From assembly GCA_963740085.1 (NCBI GenBank), contig CAVUCU010000001.1:320001-384000 (forward strand): a stretch of 64,000 nucleotides of DNA. The letters run 5' to 3'. Of this stretch, positions 1 through 9,527 are shown one piece after another; within the stretch, counting starts at the first letter, position 1, and every line of letters starts with the position of its first letter. Both the position numbers and the translations under genes were made by a program. The notes under the pieces are model-generated. The model was given only the letters and a program-made list of their open reading frames with translations. It was not told the origin of the DNA and did no database searches. Origin of the DNA: Nitrospirota bacterium. GTDB lineage: Bacteria; Nitrospirota; UBA9217.

Positions 1-1
1 C

Positions 2-535
2 GCCATTGTCAATAACTTCGACGTCGAGATCGAGGAGGAGTGCATCCGTTTCCTCGCACTCTGGCAGCCTACCGGCAGCAACCTGCGCCTCGTGACCACG
101 GCGATCAAGATCATTACCGACCTGGAACGCATGGGCGACCTTGCCGTGGACATCTGTGAACGCGCCGTGGAGTTGTTAGACGAACCGCCGCTCAAACCCT
201 TTATAGACATCCCGCGCATGGCCGAAGCGGCCCAGAAGATGCTCAAGGACAGCCTCGATGCCTTTGTGGAGCAGGACCCCGACCTCGCCGTGCACGTATG
301 CGAGGATGACGACTTTGTGGACAACCTGAACGTGCAGATATTCAACGAACTGCTCCTCTATATGCTCAAGGACCCGAAAAACATCTCCCGCGCCGTACGT
401 CTGACATACATCACCAAGTACCTGGAACGAGTCGGTGACCACGCCACCAACATTGCCGAGATGGTCGTGTACATGGTCAAGGGAAAGGTCATCCGTCATA
501 TGGCGTGCGAGACGCAGAAGAAGCATGAGAGCTGA
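2..535 (+). CDS. phoU: Phosphate signalling complex protein PhoU (5'-truncated by window edge)
   Basis: The frame is open from base 2 (AIVNNFDVEIEEECIRFLALWQP). It carries the two PhoU repeat motifs DLERMGD and YLERVGDHATNIAE. Confidence 0.95.
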   Translation, partial: AIVNNFDVEIEEECIRFLALWQPTGSNLRLVTTAIKIITDLERMGDLAVDICERAVELLDEPPLKPFIDIPRMAEAAQKMLKDSLDAFVEQDPDLAVHVCEDDDFVDNLNVQIFNELLLYMLKDPKNISRAVRLTYITKYLERVGDHATNIAEMVVYMVKGKVIRHMACETQKKHES

Positions 536-557
536 TGTCCTATCATATTTTCAAGAT

Positions 558-675
558 TTACCGCAAGAGCACAGAGAAGGAATTTAAAATAGAAAGAACG
601 TGCCTCTCTGCTCTCCCTGAACCTCCGCTCTTTCTGGGCTTTTCCCAGGGTATTTCTCAGTGCCCCCTGTGGTTT
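558..675. repeat. Paired inverted-repeat element, 8-10 nt unit family (degenerate)
   Basis: ttaccgcaagagcacagagaa pairs imperfectly with ttctcagtgccccctgtggttt. Confidence 0.6.
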
Positions 676-772
676 AATTTCCCTCCCCCCTCTTTTTTAA
701 TGACATCATGACTGGACCCGGTCGAAAAATCGGACATGTGCCCGTAACCCCTTGAGTGAAAAGATAAAATGT

Positions 773-801
773 TTGACAAACCCCGCCGCACGATGTAGAA
801 T
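773..801 (+). promoter_or_regulatory. Sigma70-type promoter of the arn operon
   Basis: TTGACA (773-778), 17-nt spacer, TAGAAT (796-801). Confidence 0.65.
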
Positions 802-902
802 CAGCTTTCATAAAATCCCGCATCCCGTGCCGGAACAGGGAACCCGGAATGTTCTTCACCGGACACGCTCAAGCTCATTTCCATGAGAATAGAACTGCGT
901 AC

Positions 903-2588
903 ATGACATCAGCCGCCAAACAAACAGGCCGCCTCAATATGAGCGACCTCATTATCCTGACCGTCCTGATCTGCATTCTTTTTACTTTTATGCTCGGAAA
1001 CCGTCCCCTGTCAGTACCGGACGAAGGCAGGTATGTCGAGATCCCCCGGGAGATGGTGGCCTCGGGAAACTACCTTACCCCCCGCCTGAACTACGTTAAA
1101 TATTTTGAAAAACCTGTTTTTTTCTACTGGCTCGAGGCATTGTCGATCAAGCTGTTCGGACTGAATGAATTTACACTCCGGCTCTGGCCCGCGTTGTTCG
1201 GGCTCTTCGGATGTCTTGCCATTGCTGTTGCCGGAGCGCGCCTGTTCGGACGCAGGACCGGCCTGCTGAGTGGGGTGGTCCTTGCCACGAGCCTCCTGTA
1301 TTACGGACTGAGCCGGGCCATCATCCTCGATATGCCGGTTTCCATTCTGCTTACTCTGGCGCTCCTGTCTTTCCTTATAGGCACACACGAGGCCCCGGGG
1401 CTGAAGCGCCGGCTCTATTTGTGGGGTTTTTATACCTTTGCCGCGCTGGCGGTCCTGACCAAAGGCCTGATCGGCATTCTCATCCCCGGCATGGTGATCG
1501 GTGCCTGGATACTCCTTCTGGGTGAATGGCGAATGCTCAAGACGCTGTATATTCCATCGGGCCTTGCCTTGTTCCTGCTTATCGCCGCGCCCTGGCATAT
1601 CATGGTGGATATGGCCAACCCCGAGTTTTTTAAATTCTATTTCATCCATGAGCATTTTCAGCGCTTTCTGACCAGGGTACATGGCCGTTACAAGCCGTTC
1701 TGGTATTTCATACCCATCGTGTTGCTGGGGTTGTTTCCCTGGAGCGCCTTTCTGCTGCAGGCGATCAAGCACAGCGTCCCTTCGACCTGGCGGGAACGCC
1801 ATGAACACCGGGATGCGCTCTTTTTCCTGCTCTGGGCAGGGCTCGTATTTCTCTTTTTCTCGGCATCAAGCTCGAAGCTGGCGCCTTATATCCTGCCGGT
1901 TTTTCCGCCCCTCGCGCTTTTGATCGGTCGCTATCTTGCAGCGGCATGGGACAGCCGGGGTTTTCCCGGCCTCCGGGCAGGATACTCTGTCCTCCTGATC
2001 GCTTCACTGCTGCTTTCCGCGGCCTTCCTTGGCCTGCCGTACTACTGGCCGATATCCGCCGGGACGCAGCCGCTCGGTATATACCGGTATACCATCGCCC
2101 TCACACTGGCCATCGGCGGCGCCGCAGCGTGGGGACTGATGAGGAATCGTAATCTCCGGCGGGCCTTTATCGCCGTGGCCATGACCTCGGCGCTCTTTCT
2201 CACTCAGGTGAACGCAGCCGCGCCCCGTGTCGATATCAAGTCCGTCAAACAGCTTGCGATCGAGCTCAAGGCCCGTCTCAGACCCGGTGACGAAGTGGCC
2301 AGCTACCAGGAATACTATCAGGACCTCCCGGTATATCTTGAGCGGCGAATCACGGTGGTTGACTGGGGCGGCGAGCTCAATTTCGGCAATAGCGTGGAGG
2401 ATACCAGCGCGTGGATGATCGACGGCGCTACGTTCTGGAAACGCTGGCAGGGACCGACGACAATGTATATGCTGACCCCGATCGAGGACTACGAAACCCT
2501 GAAACGATCAAGGCCGGATCTTCCGTTGTTCCCGATAGACCGGAACAAGAGGACCATCCTGTTGTCCAATAGAGAGGTCAAGCCATGA
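903..2588 (+). CDS. arnT: Lipid A 4-amino-4-deoxy-L-arabinose transferase (GT83/PMT family)
   Basis: PDEGRY...YFEKP motifs, many TM helices, TKG and SKL..YILP motifs, first gene of the arn cluster. Start uncertain (849, 903 or 939). Confidence 0.9.
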   Translation: MTSAAKQTGRLNMSDLIILTVLICILFTFMLGNRPLSVPDEGRYVEIPREMVASGNYLTPRLNYVKYFEKPVFFYWLEALSIKLFGLNEFTLRLWPALFGLFGCLAIAVAGARLFGRRTGLLSGVVLATSLLYYGLSRAIILDMPVSILLTLALLSFLIGTHEAPGLKRRLYLWGFYTFAALAVLTKGLIGILIPGMVIGAWILLLGEWRMLKTLYIPSGLALFLLIAAPWHIMVDMANPEFFKFYFIHEHFQRFLTRVHGRYKPFWYFIPIVLLGLFPWSAFLLQAIKHSVPSTWRERHEHRDALFFLLWAGLVFLFFSASSSKLAPYILPVFPPLALLIGRYLAAAWDSRGFPGLRAGYSVLLIASLLLSAAFLGLPYYWPISAGTQPLGIYRYTIALTLAIGGAAAWGLMRNRNLRRAFIAVAMTSALFLTQVNAAAPRVDIKSVKQLAIELKARLRPGDEVASYQEYYQDLPVYLERRITVVDWGGELNFGNSVEDTSAWMIDGATFWKRWQGPTTMYMLTPIEDYETLKRSRPDLPLFPIDRNKRTILLSNREVKP

Positions 2589-2950
2589 GCTATTTCCCCC
2601 TGATCATGCTCGGCGTGCTGCTGAACGCTGCGGCGCAGTTGTTCCTCAAGGAGGGAATGCGCCGGATCGGCCACTTCGAGTTCGTCTGGGCAAATATCGT
2701 TCCCATCACCATTCAGGTGGCGGGAAACATTTTCGTGCTGGGGGGCCTGCTCTGCTATGTCATCAGCGTCGCGGTCTGGCTCCTGGTCCTGTCGCGTGTC
2801 GAGGTGAGCTTCGCCTATCCCCTTCTCTCCGTGGGATATATCGTGAATGCTGTGGCGGGCTACTACCTGTTCCAGGAAAATCTTTCGATGACACGCATCA
2901 CGGGGATACTGATCATTTGCGTGGGTGTATATTTTGTGACGAAGAGCTGA
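2585..2950 (+). CDS. Undecaprenyl-P-L-Ara4N flippase subunit (ArnE/F, EamA/SMR-like)
   Basis: Four-TM small protein with VEVSFAYP motif. ATGA overlap with arnT. Confidence 0.85.
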   Translation: MSYFPLIMLGVLLNAAAQLFLKEGMRRIGHFEFVWANIVPITIQVAGNIFVLGGLLCYVISVAVWLLVLSRVEVSFAYPLLSVGYIVNAVAGYYLFQENLSMTRITGILIICVGVYFVTKS

Positions 2951-2975
2951 GCAAGGGTCAGTTACCTTCAAATTG

Positions 2976-3443
2976 AACCGCGAAGACGCGAGGAACGCGA
3001 AGAAGGCGATTCATGCAATGGATATCGAAGAGATTGCTAGTAAAATTGCAAACAATGCCATTAAAGTGCATTCGGTCCTTGGCCCGGGTTTATTAGAATC
3101 GGCTTATCAGAAGTGTTTGGCATATGAATTAGGGAAAGATGGATGCAAGGTCGAATGCGAGGTTATGTTACCGGTCGTTTATGATGCAATTAATATTGAT
3201 GCAGGTTATCGAATAGATATGATCGTTGGAGGTTCAGTCCTCGTTGAGAATAAAACGGTCGAAGGTTTACTTCCGATTCATGAAGCACAATTATTGACTT
3301 ATCTTAAATTGAAAAACTGCAAAATAGGGTTTTTACTCAATTGGAATGTTACTCGTATGAAATATGGTATCAAAAGATGGTCAATAACTTATGAGTATTC
3401 AATGCAGTGTGTATGACCTTCGCGCTCTTCGCGCCTTCGCGGT
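2976..3443. mobile_element. GxxExxY gene cassette bounded by 26-bp imperfect inverted repeats
   Basis: Left arm accgcgaagacgcgaggaacgcgaag (2977-3002) matches the reverse complement of the right arm cttcgcgctcttcgcgccttcgcggt (3418-3443) at 23/26. The AT-rich cargo interrupts the arn operon. Confidence 0.7.
3018..3416 (+). CDS. GxxExxY protein (PD-(D/E)XK nuclease-like)
   Basis: LGPGLLESAY signature, YRIDMIV..VENK and HEAQLLTYLK motifs. Likely start is ATG 3018. A probable 1-nt deletion near 3377 replaces a GIKRMVNNL* end with WSITYEYSMQCV. Confidence 0.9.
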   Translation: MDIEEIASKIANNAIKVHSVLGPGLLESAYQKCLAYELGKDGCKVECEVMLPVVYDAINIDAGYRIDMIVGGSVLVENKTVEGLLPIHEAQLLTYLKLKNCKIGFLLNWNVTRMKYGIKRWSITYEYSMQCV

Positions 3444-3486
3444 ATAATGTTTTTACTGTTACGATCTCGACGTTTCAAGAGGACTT

Positions 3487-4653
3487 ATGTCAGATAATAA
3501 AGATCAAGAATTTCTCCCCTTCTCCCGGCCGTCCATCAGCCAGGCAGCCATAGATGAAGTCGTGGCGTGCCTGAAGTCGGGTTGGATCACGACCGGCCCC
3601 CGGGTCAGGCAGTTCGAGGAGGATCTGAAAACGTACCTTGGCGCACCGCACGTTCTTGCCCTTACCTCGGCAACGGCAGGCCTGCATCTCGCGCTCGTCG
3701 CGCTTAACCTGAAGCCCGGCGACGAGGTGATCACCACTCCCATGACCTTTGCGGCGACCCTGAACACCATCGTGCTCGCCGGCGGCAGGCCGGTGCTCGT
3801 CGATGTAGAGCCCGGCACCTACAACATGGACGTGACAAAGATCGAGAAGGCCGTTACGAAGCGCTCACGCGCCATCATGCCCGTGCACTTTGCGGGACTG
3901 CCCGTTGATCTCGATCCACTGTACGACATCGCGAAAAAGCACAACCTGAGGGTGATCGAGGACGCAGCGCACGCCATCGGAACGGAGTATAAGGGCAGGC
4001 GAATCGGCAGCTTTGGCGATGTCCAGGTCTTCAGCTTTCATCCCAACAAGAACATGACCACCGGAGAAGGCGGGTGCGTAGCAACCCGGGACGAGAAGCT
4101 TGCCTCGGACATAGCGCTTCTTCGATTCCACGGCATGGACCGCGAGGCATGGAACCGCTTCGGCAAGAAAGGCAACCAGCACTACGAGATCATAATGCCC
4201 GGATACAAGTACAACATGATGGATATGCAGGCCGCGCTCGGCCTGCATCAGTTAAAGCGGCTCGACGGATTCATTAAGCGGCGCGCCGAGATCGCCCTGC
4301 GCTATCAGAGGGTCCTCGCAGAGTGGCCGCAGTGGACGCTTACCAAAGCGCCGGCGTATCAGCATCTTAACGCCTGGCACCTCTACGCGCCGCTCATCAA
4401 CCCCGAAGCCGCGAAGATGGACCGCGACGCCTTTATGCAGGGCATGAAGGAGCGCAATATCGGTACCGGCCTGCACTACCGGGCCGTGCATCTCTATCCC
4501 TACTACCGTGATCAGTTCGGGTTCAAGCGCGGAGATTTTCCGAATGCCGAAACCATTTCGGACCGCATCGTGAGCCTGCCCCTTTTCCCGCTCATGACCG
4601 ACGCGGACCAGGACCGGGTGATCGCGGCCATGAAGGACCTGTTTCATCGATAG
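3487..4653 (+). CDS. arnB: UDP-4-amino-4-deoxy-L-arabinose aminotransferase (DegT/DnrJ family)
   Basis: SGWITTGP, IEDAAHA and FSFHPNKNMTTGEGG PLP motifs. Arn context. Confidence 0.92.
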   Translation: MSDNKDQEFLPFSRPSISQAAIDEVVACLKSGWITTGPRVRQFEEDLKTYLGAPHVLALTSATAGLHLALVALNLKPGDEVITTPMTFAATLNTIVLAGGRPVLVDVEPGTYNMDVTKIEKAVTKRSRAIMPVHFAGLPVDLDPLYDIAKKHNLRVIEDAAHAIGTEYKGRRIGSFGDVQVFSFHPNKNMTTGEGGCVATRDEKLASDIALLRFHGMDREAWNRFGKKGNQHYEIIMPGYKYNMMDMQAALGLHQLKRLDGFIKRRAEIALRYQRVLAEWPQWTLTKAPAYQHLNAWHLYAPLINPEAAKMDRDAFMQGMKERNIGTGLHYRAVHLYPYYRDQFGFKRGDFPNAETISDRIVSLPLFPLMTDADQDRVIAAMKDLFHR

Positions 4654-4700
4654 GTGTTATTGCGGCGCCACGGCGCAACAATGAGAAGCGGTTTCGGATC

Positions 4701-4786
4701 ATCACGAATGATACGGATGGAACAAATAGTATAAAGTAATCCCCGGTGTCCATTCGTGTAATTCGCGTCTTCGTGTGATTCGTGTT
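4701..4786. repeat. Paired inverted-repeat element, cacgaat-type units
   Basis: atcacgaatgatacggat... faces cattcgtgtaattcgcgtcttcgtgtgattcgtgtt. Confidence 0.6.
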
Positions 4787-4818
4787 GAGGCTTGTTTCGG
4801 GAGCAAGGAGAGAAAGGC

Positions 4819-5760
4819 ATGACGAAACCCTACGTCAGCATCGTGATACCGGTTTATAACGAGGAGGCGAATCTCGAAGCCCTCTTCTCACGCCTTATGG
4901 CGGTGATGGACGGGACCGGGAAACCCTTTGAAGTGCTGTTCACGAATGACGGCAGCCGTGACCGCTCCGGCGCGATGCTGAAGGAATTCCACCAGCGCCG
5001 TCCGAAGGAGGTTCGCGTCATCGATTTCAACGGCAATTTCGGCCAGCACATGGCCATCATGGCGGCCTTCGAGCGCGTGCGCGGCGATGTGATCGTGACC
5101 CTGGATGCGGACCTGCAGAACCCCCCCGAAGAGATCCCCAAGCTGCTTGCTGGGATCGAGGCGGGACACGACGCGGTAGGCGGCTATCGAAGGGACCGGA
5201 AGGACTCCTTTTTCAGGAAGTATGCCTCAAAGATGATCAATGGGATCCGTGCAAAGATAACGAATATCCGTATGCGCGACCAGGGGTGCATGCTGCGCGC
5301 CTACCGCAGGAACATCATCGACAATATCGTTGCGAGCGGCGAGACCTCGACCTTCATCCCCGCCCTCGCCTACAGTTTTGCGGCCAACCCCGCCGAGGTG
5401 GAGGTCGAGCACGCGGCACGCTCGGCGGGAGAATCAAAGTATCATCTCTATGACCTGATCCGTCTGAACTTCGATCTCATGACCGGCTTTTCCGTTGTGC
5501 CGCTCCAGGTATTCACGGTCTTCGGCATCGCCGTCTCGGCCTTCAGTCTTCTGTTCGTGATTTTTCTCTTTATCCGGCGTATTATCGTCGGCCCCGAGGC
5601 GGAAGGGGTGTTCACCCTCTTCGCGATCCTCTACTTCCTCGTGGGAATCGGCATTATGGGACTCGGTATCATCGGCGAATATATCGGCCGAATCTATAAG
5701 GAAGTGAGGCGCAGACCACGTTTCGTGATCCGCGAGACCTATGAAAAACTCAATGAATAA
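4819..5760 (+). CDS. arnC: Undecaprenyl-phosphate Ara4FN transferase (GT2)
   Basis: SIVIPVYNE, NDGSRD, NFGQH and LDADLQNPPEEI motifs. Two C-terminal TM helices. AGGAG SD upstream. Confidence 0.92.
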   Translation: MTKPYVSIVIPVYNEEANLEALFSRLMAVMDGTGKPFEVLFTNDGSRDRSGAMLKEFHQRRPKEVRVIDFNGNFGQHMAIMAAFERVRGDVIVTLDADLQNPPEEIPKLLAGIEAGHDAVGGYRRDRKDSFFRKYASKMINGIRAKITNIRMRDQGCMLRAYRRNIIDNIVASGETSTFIPALAYSFAANPAEVEVEHAARSAGESKYHLYDLIRLNFDLMTGFSVVPLQVFTVFGIAVSAFSLLFVIFLFIRRIIVGPEAEGVFTLFAILYFLVGIGIMGLGIIGEYIGRIYKEVRRRPRFVIRETYEKLNE

Positions 5761-6652
5761 ACCCGCCATCCTCGTTTTCGCGTACAACGACGTCGGCTAT
5801 GAATGTCTGGATGCCCTGATCCAGAACGATGAGTACATTCTCGCCGTCATCACCCACAAGGACGATCCGGAGGAAGAGATCTGGTTCAGGTCCGTGGCAA
5901 ACCTGGCGACGAAGTACGATATCCCCGTGCACAGGCCCGATTCGGTGAACTCGCCCGACTGGATAGAGCGGATACGTTCATGGGCCCCGGACCTCATCTT
6001 CTCCTTCTACTATCGGCATATGATACCCGAGGAGATACTGAACATCCCGAGACTCGGCGCATTCAACATGCACGGCTCCCTCCTCCCGAAGTACCGCGGC
6101 CGCGCACCGATCAACTGGGCCATCATACAGGGAGAACAATCGACCGGGGTGACGCTTCATCACATGGTCAAACGGGCCGATGCCGGTGACATAGTAGACC
6201 AGGAGGCAGTACCCATCGGTCATGATGATACGGTACAGGAGGTGTTCACCAAATGTGTCGCAGCGGCGCGGCGAGTGCTTGAACGTCAGCTCGAAGCGCT
6301 GACAGCGGGGACAGCCCCGCGGCGCAGTCAGAATGAAGCGCAGGCCACCTATTTCGGCGGCAGGAAACCCGAGGACGGCCGTATTGACTGGACGCAGAGC
6401 GCCGAGTCGATCTATAACCTCATCCGCGCGGTGACCAATCCCTATCCCGGGGCCTTTACAAATGTGAACGAGAAAAAGCTGTTCATCTGGTGGGCAACGC
6501 CCCTCCCTGGGGCCGGTGGAACACCTGGACAGGTGCTGTCCGCGGACCCGCTCAGGGCGGCAACGGGAAATGGGATCCTTGAGATCGTGAACTATGAGTG
6601 GGAAGAAGAGAATGAGGGAGAATTGCACGAGGGCCAGGTATTGGGCACATAA
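5753..6652 (+). CDS. arnA: UDP-L-Ara4N formyltransferase (N-terminal half of ArnA as separate gene)
   Basis: FSFYYR, NMHGSLLPKYRGRAP and YPGAF formyltransferase motifs. Start overlaps the arnC stop. Confidence 0.9.
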   Translation: MNKPAILVFAYNDVGYECLDALIQNDEYILAVITHKDDPEEEIWFRSVANLATKYDIPVHRPDSVNSPDWIERIRSWAPDLIFSFYYRHMIPEEILNIPRLGAFNMHGSLLPKYRGRAPINWAIIQGEQSTGVTLHHMVKRADAGDIVDQEAVPIGHDDTVQEVFTKCVAAARRVLERQLEALTAGTAPRRSQNEAQATYFGGRKPEDGRIDWTQSAESIYNLIRAVTNPYPGAFTNVNEKKLFIWWATPLPGAGGTPGQVLSADPLRAATGNGILEIVNYEWEEENEGELHEGQVLGT

Positions 6653-6668
6653 TCCGTTACCGGCAGCC

Positions 6669-6752
6669 AACACTGACCCACACTGACCCGGACAAGTTGG
6701 AACCCGAATCTTTTCGTCTTTTTCGTGCCATTCGTGATAACGCTTCGTGATG
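6669..6752. repeat. Degenerate short-unit repeat cluster
   Basis: cactgaccca x2, followed by ttcgt(c/g) units at about 10-nt spacing. Confidence 0.4.
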
Positions 6753-6851
6753 TTCTTACCATTTTGAGAAGAATTTGATTCATAATCGCCTGACCTCCGC
6801 CATCAAGGGGGAGATAATCACCTAAATGAACAGAAAAGAACGGAGCAGATC

Positions 6852-7892
6852 ATGAGTCTCAAAATTTTGATCCTCGGTGTAAATGGCTTTATCGGAAGCA
6901 GCCTGACCGAATATATCCTGAAAAACAGGGACTGGGAAGTGTACGGCATGGACATGGGCGATGACAAGATCGACCAGTGTCTGGGGCATGATCGATTCCA
7001 TTTTGTCGAGGGCGATATCACCATCAACAAAGAGTGGATCGAATACCACGTAAAAAAATGCGACGTGGTCCTTCCCCTGGTCGCCATCGCCACGCCGGCA
7101 ACGTATGTGATCGACCCGCTCAGGGTGTTCGAGCTGGATTTCGAGGCTAACCTCGACATCGTGCGCAAGTGCGTCCGGTATAAAAAGCGCGTCCTGTTTC
7201 CCTCCACATCGGAAGTATACGGCATGTGCGCGGACCCGGCGTTCGACGAGAACACGTCGAACCTCGTTCTCGGCCCTATTAACAAGCAGCGCTGGATATA
7301 CTCCTGTTCCAAGCAGCTCCTGGACCGGGTCATCCACGCGTACGGCATGAAAGAAGGACTGAGGTATACCCTCTTCAGGCCCTTCAACTGGGTCGGTCCC
7401 AGACTCGATAACATCCTGGAGCCCAAGGAAGGCAGCTCGCGCGTTCTTACCCAGTTCATCGGCAACATCCTCCGCGGCAGGGACATCCTTCTCGTGGACG
7501 GAGGAGCCCAGCGCCGGAGCTTCACCTACATCGATGACGGCATCGAAGCGCTGATCCGGATCATTGAGAACAAGGACAATGCCGCCGACAGCCGCATCTT
7601 CAATATCGGCAATCCCGAAAACGATGTGTCCGTCAGAGAGCTTGCCCAAACGCTGATCGAGCTCATCAAGTCCTATCCGAAGCATGCGAAGCTTGCCGAG
7701 AACGTCAAGCTCGTCACGGTCAAGTCCTCTGACTATTACGGCGACGGCTACCAGGACATCCAGACCCGGGTACCGTCCGTTAAGAACGCGGAGAAATACC
7801 TCGGCTGGAAACCGACCACGGACCTGAAGACGGCGCTCCGGAAGACCCTTGACTATCACCTCGGCAGGCCGTCGAGCGAGCTGAGCGAATAA
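6852..7892 (+). CDS. arnA: UDP-glucuronic acid oxidase/decarboxylase (C-terminal half of ArnA)
   Basis: ILGVNGFIG Rossmann motif, [16 protein letters not shown] and FRPFNW. Confidence 0.93.
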   Translation: MSLKILILGVNGFIGSSLTEYILKNRDWEVYGMDMGDDKIDQCLGHDRFHFVEGDITINKEWIEYHVKKCDVVLPLVAIATPATYVIDPLRVFELDFEANLDIVRKCVRYKKRVLFPSTSEVYGMCADPAFDENTSNLVLGPINKQRWIYSCSKQLLDRVIHAYGMKEGLRYTLFRPFNWVGPRLDNILEPKEGSSRVLTQFIGNILRGRDILLVDGGAQRRSFTYIDDGIEALIRIIENKDNAADSRIFNIGNPENDVSVRELAQTLIELIKSYPKHAKLAENVKLVTVKSSDYYGDGYQDIQTRVPSVKNAEKYLGWKPTTDLKTALRKTLDYHLGRPSSELSE

Positions 7893-7934
7893 GCGTCCCC
7901 CCCACTGAGCCGTAAAGTCAGGCTAATACATTTA

Positions 7935-8132
7935 AACCGCGAAGACGCAAAGAGCGCGAAGGTTTAAGTACATATCGATGAACGCGCAACAAGTCGAATG
8001 TAACCGCAGAGACGCTGAGGCGCAGAGAAAATCCTTCCGTGTCTCAACGCCTCCGCAGTAGATCAGGTTTTTTACGAGATCACCAGATTAGAGTCTGATG
8101 TTTATTCTTCGCGTCCTTCGCGACTTAGCGGT
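7935..8132. repeat. Nested inverted-repeat elements (outer cgcgaag arms, inner cgcagag arms at 8002-8060)
   Basis: Outer arms 7935-7962 and 8107-8132 resemble the GxxExxY cassette ends. Inner arms are 8002-8027 and 8035-8060. Confidence 0.75.
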
Positions 8133-8172
8133 AATTTCTTTTCCAATTTTTAGGGACATCCAAACTGCGATT

Positions 8173-9078
8173 ATGACCACTCCCCTTCTCGCCATAAAGA
8201 TCGACGTGGACACCGATCGCGGCACGCGCATAGGCGTTCCCAATCTGCTGGACCTCTTCGACGCGTTCGGTATCAAGGCCACGTTCCTCTTCTCCCTTGG
8301 TCCTGACAACACCGGCCGCGCGATCAAGCGCATCTTTCGTCCCGGATTCCTGAGCAAGGTCAGCCGCACCAGCGTGGTTTCCACCTATGGCGTCCGCACA
8401 CTTCTGAACGGCATTCTTCTGCCCGGCCCGCACGTTGGCCGTCGGAACGAAAGAGTGATGCGTCTGGCCCGCGACAGGGGCCACGAGGTCGGCATCCACT
8501 GCTACGACCATATCCGCTGGCAGGATGGCCTCTCGAAGATGGACCGCGCCGAGGTCTACGAGGAGTTCGGCAAGGCACGGAAGGAATTCGAGCGGATCTT
8601 CGGCGGACCGGCAAAGACCGCGGGCTCCGCGGGATGGCAGGTAAACAGTTTCAGCCTCGAGGCCTATGACGATGCACACCTGCTTTACGCCAGCGATGCC
8701 CGTGGTACGCATCCGTTCTTTCCGCGCCTGGGCGGTGTGGTATACAAGACGCCCCAGATACCGACAACGCTTCCCACGCTGGATGAGCTGCTCGGCAGGC
8801 CGGAATATCCCGAGGACCGCATCGTAGCGCATTACCTTGCGCTCCTGGCGTCGGACAAATTGAATGTTCTCACGATCCACGCAGAGGTCGAAGGCATGAA
8901 GAAGATCGAACTGTTCAGGTCTTTGCTCGAACAGGTCCGGGAACGCAAGATACAGGTCAAAAGACTCGGTGACCTTGCCGCCAACCTTCTGAGAAACCCC
9001 TCATCCATTCCCCTGTGCGGACTTATCTCCGGCACGGTTGACGGAAGAAGCGGCACGCTGGCCGTCCAGGCGAAATGA
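8173..9078 (+). CDS. arnD: 4-deoxy-4-formamido-L-arabinose-phosphoundecaprenol deformylase
   Basis: KIDVDT.RGT, SLGPDNTGRA, GHEVGIHCYDH, PTTLPTLDEL and TIHAEVEG motifs. The ORF-track N-terminal extension comes from a repeat arm. Confidence 0.9.
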   Translation: MTTPLLAIKIDVDTDRGTRIGVPNLLDLFDAFGIKATFLFSLGPDNTGRAIKRIFRPGFLSKVSRTSVVSTYGVRTLLNGILLPGPHVGRRNERVMRLARDRGHEVGIHCYDHIRWQDGLSKMDRAEVYEEFGKARKEFERIFGGPAKTAGSAGWQVNSFSLEAYDDAHLLYASDARGTHPFFPRLGGVVYKTPQIPTTLPTLDELLGRPEYPEDRIVAHYLALLASDKLNVLTIHAEVEGMKKIELFRSLLEQVRERKIQVKRLGDLAANLLRNPSSIPLCGLISGTVDGRSGTLAVQAK

Positions 9079-9527
9079 CACCCTTTCGCCTGATCAGCAG
9101 CCAAGACGCATGCAGTTCCCGGGAAGAGCATTGGTGCATAACGGACAGAATATTAATTGACCTTTGTGATGGAGGTCATCTTGACAATGAAATTTGCATG
9201 GATCAACAATTGGTCACCTCGCAAACTGTAATTAGCATCATTGACTTGTCCGTTCAATTTATCTTGACACGGAGAGAGCGGGAATTTATCATGCACGTCG
9301 ATGGTGAGCGGTTTGCCCCCCGGGTCCGGCTGGACGATCGGCACGCTCAACACGATGAGCGCGCGAATGCAGGCCAGGTCGGTACTGGCGGGCCTTCTGA
9401 CGGCCGCAGCCTGAAGACGCAAGCGTTGTGTTTAGCGAAAGTACGCTTCGCAATCGATCGGTGCATGCTCAATGAGACGAACACATGGAGCAGCAATTAC
9501 TATATAAAAACTGAGAGGGAGGCTATC

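Noticed and set aside
2973-3017. N-terminal extensions called through repeat arms or spacers (GxxExxY, arnD, TusA, JAB, MoaD)
   Set aside because: Better downstream starts match the family N-termini. The arms simply lack stop codons in that frame.
9155-9270. Possible FNR/CRP-type boxes
   Set aside because: Only half-sites or wrongly spaced palindromes are present, too weak to call.
9075-9527. 151-codon N-terminal extension of the PCuAC ORF
   Set aside because: A strong SD and signal peptide start at 9528. The upstream part is promoter-like DNA with several TTGAC boxes and no recognisable domain.
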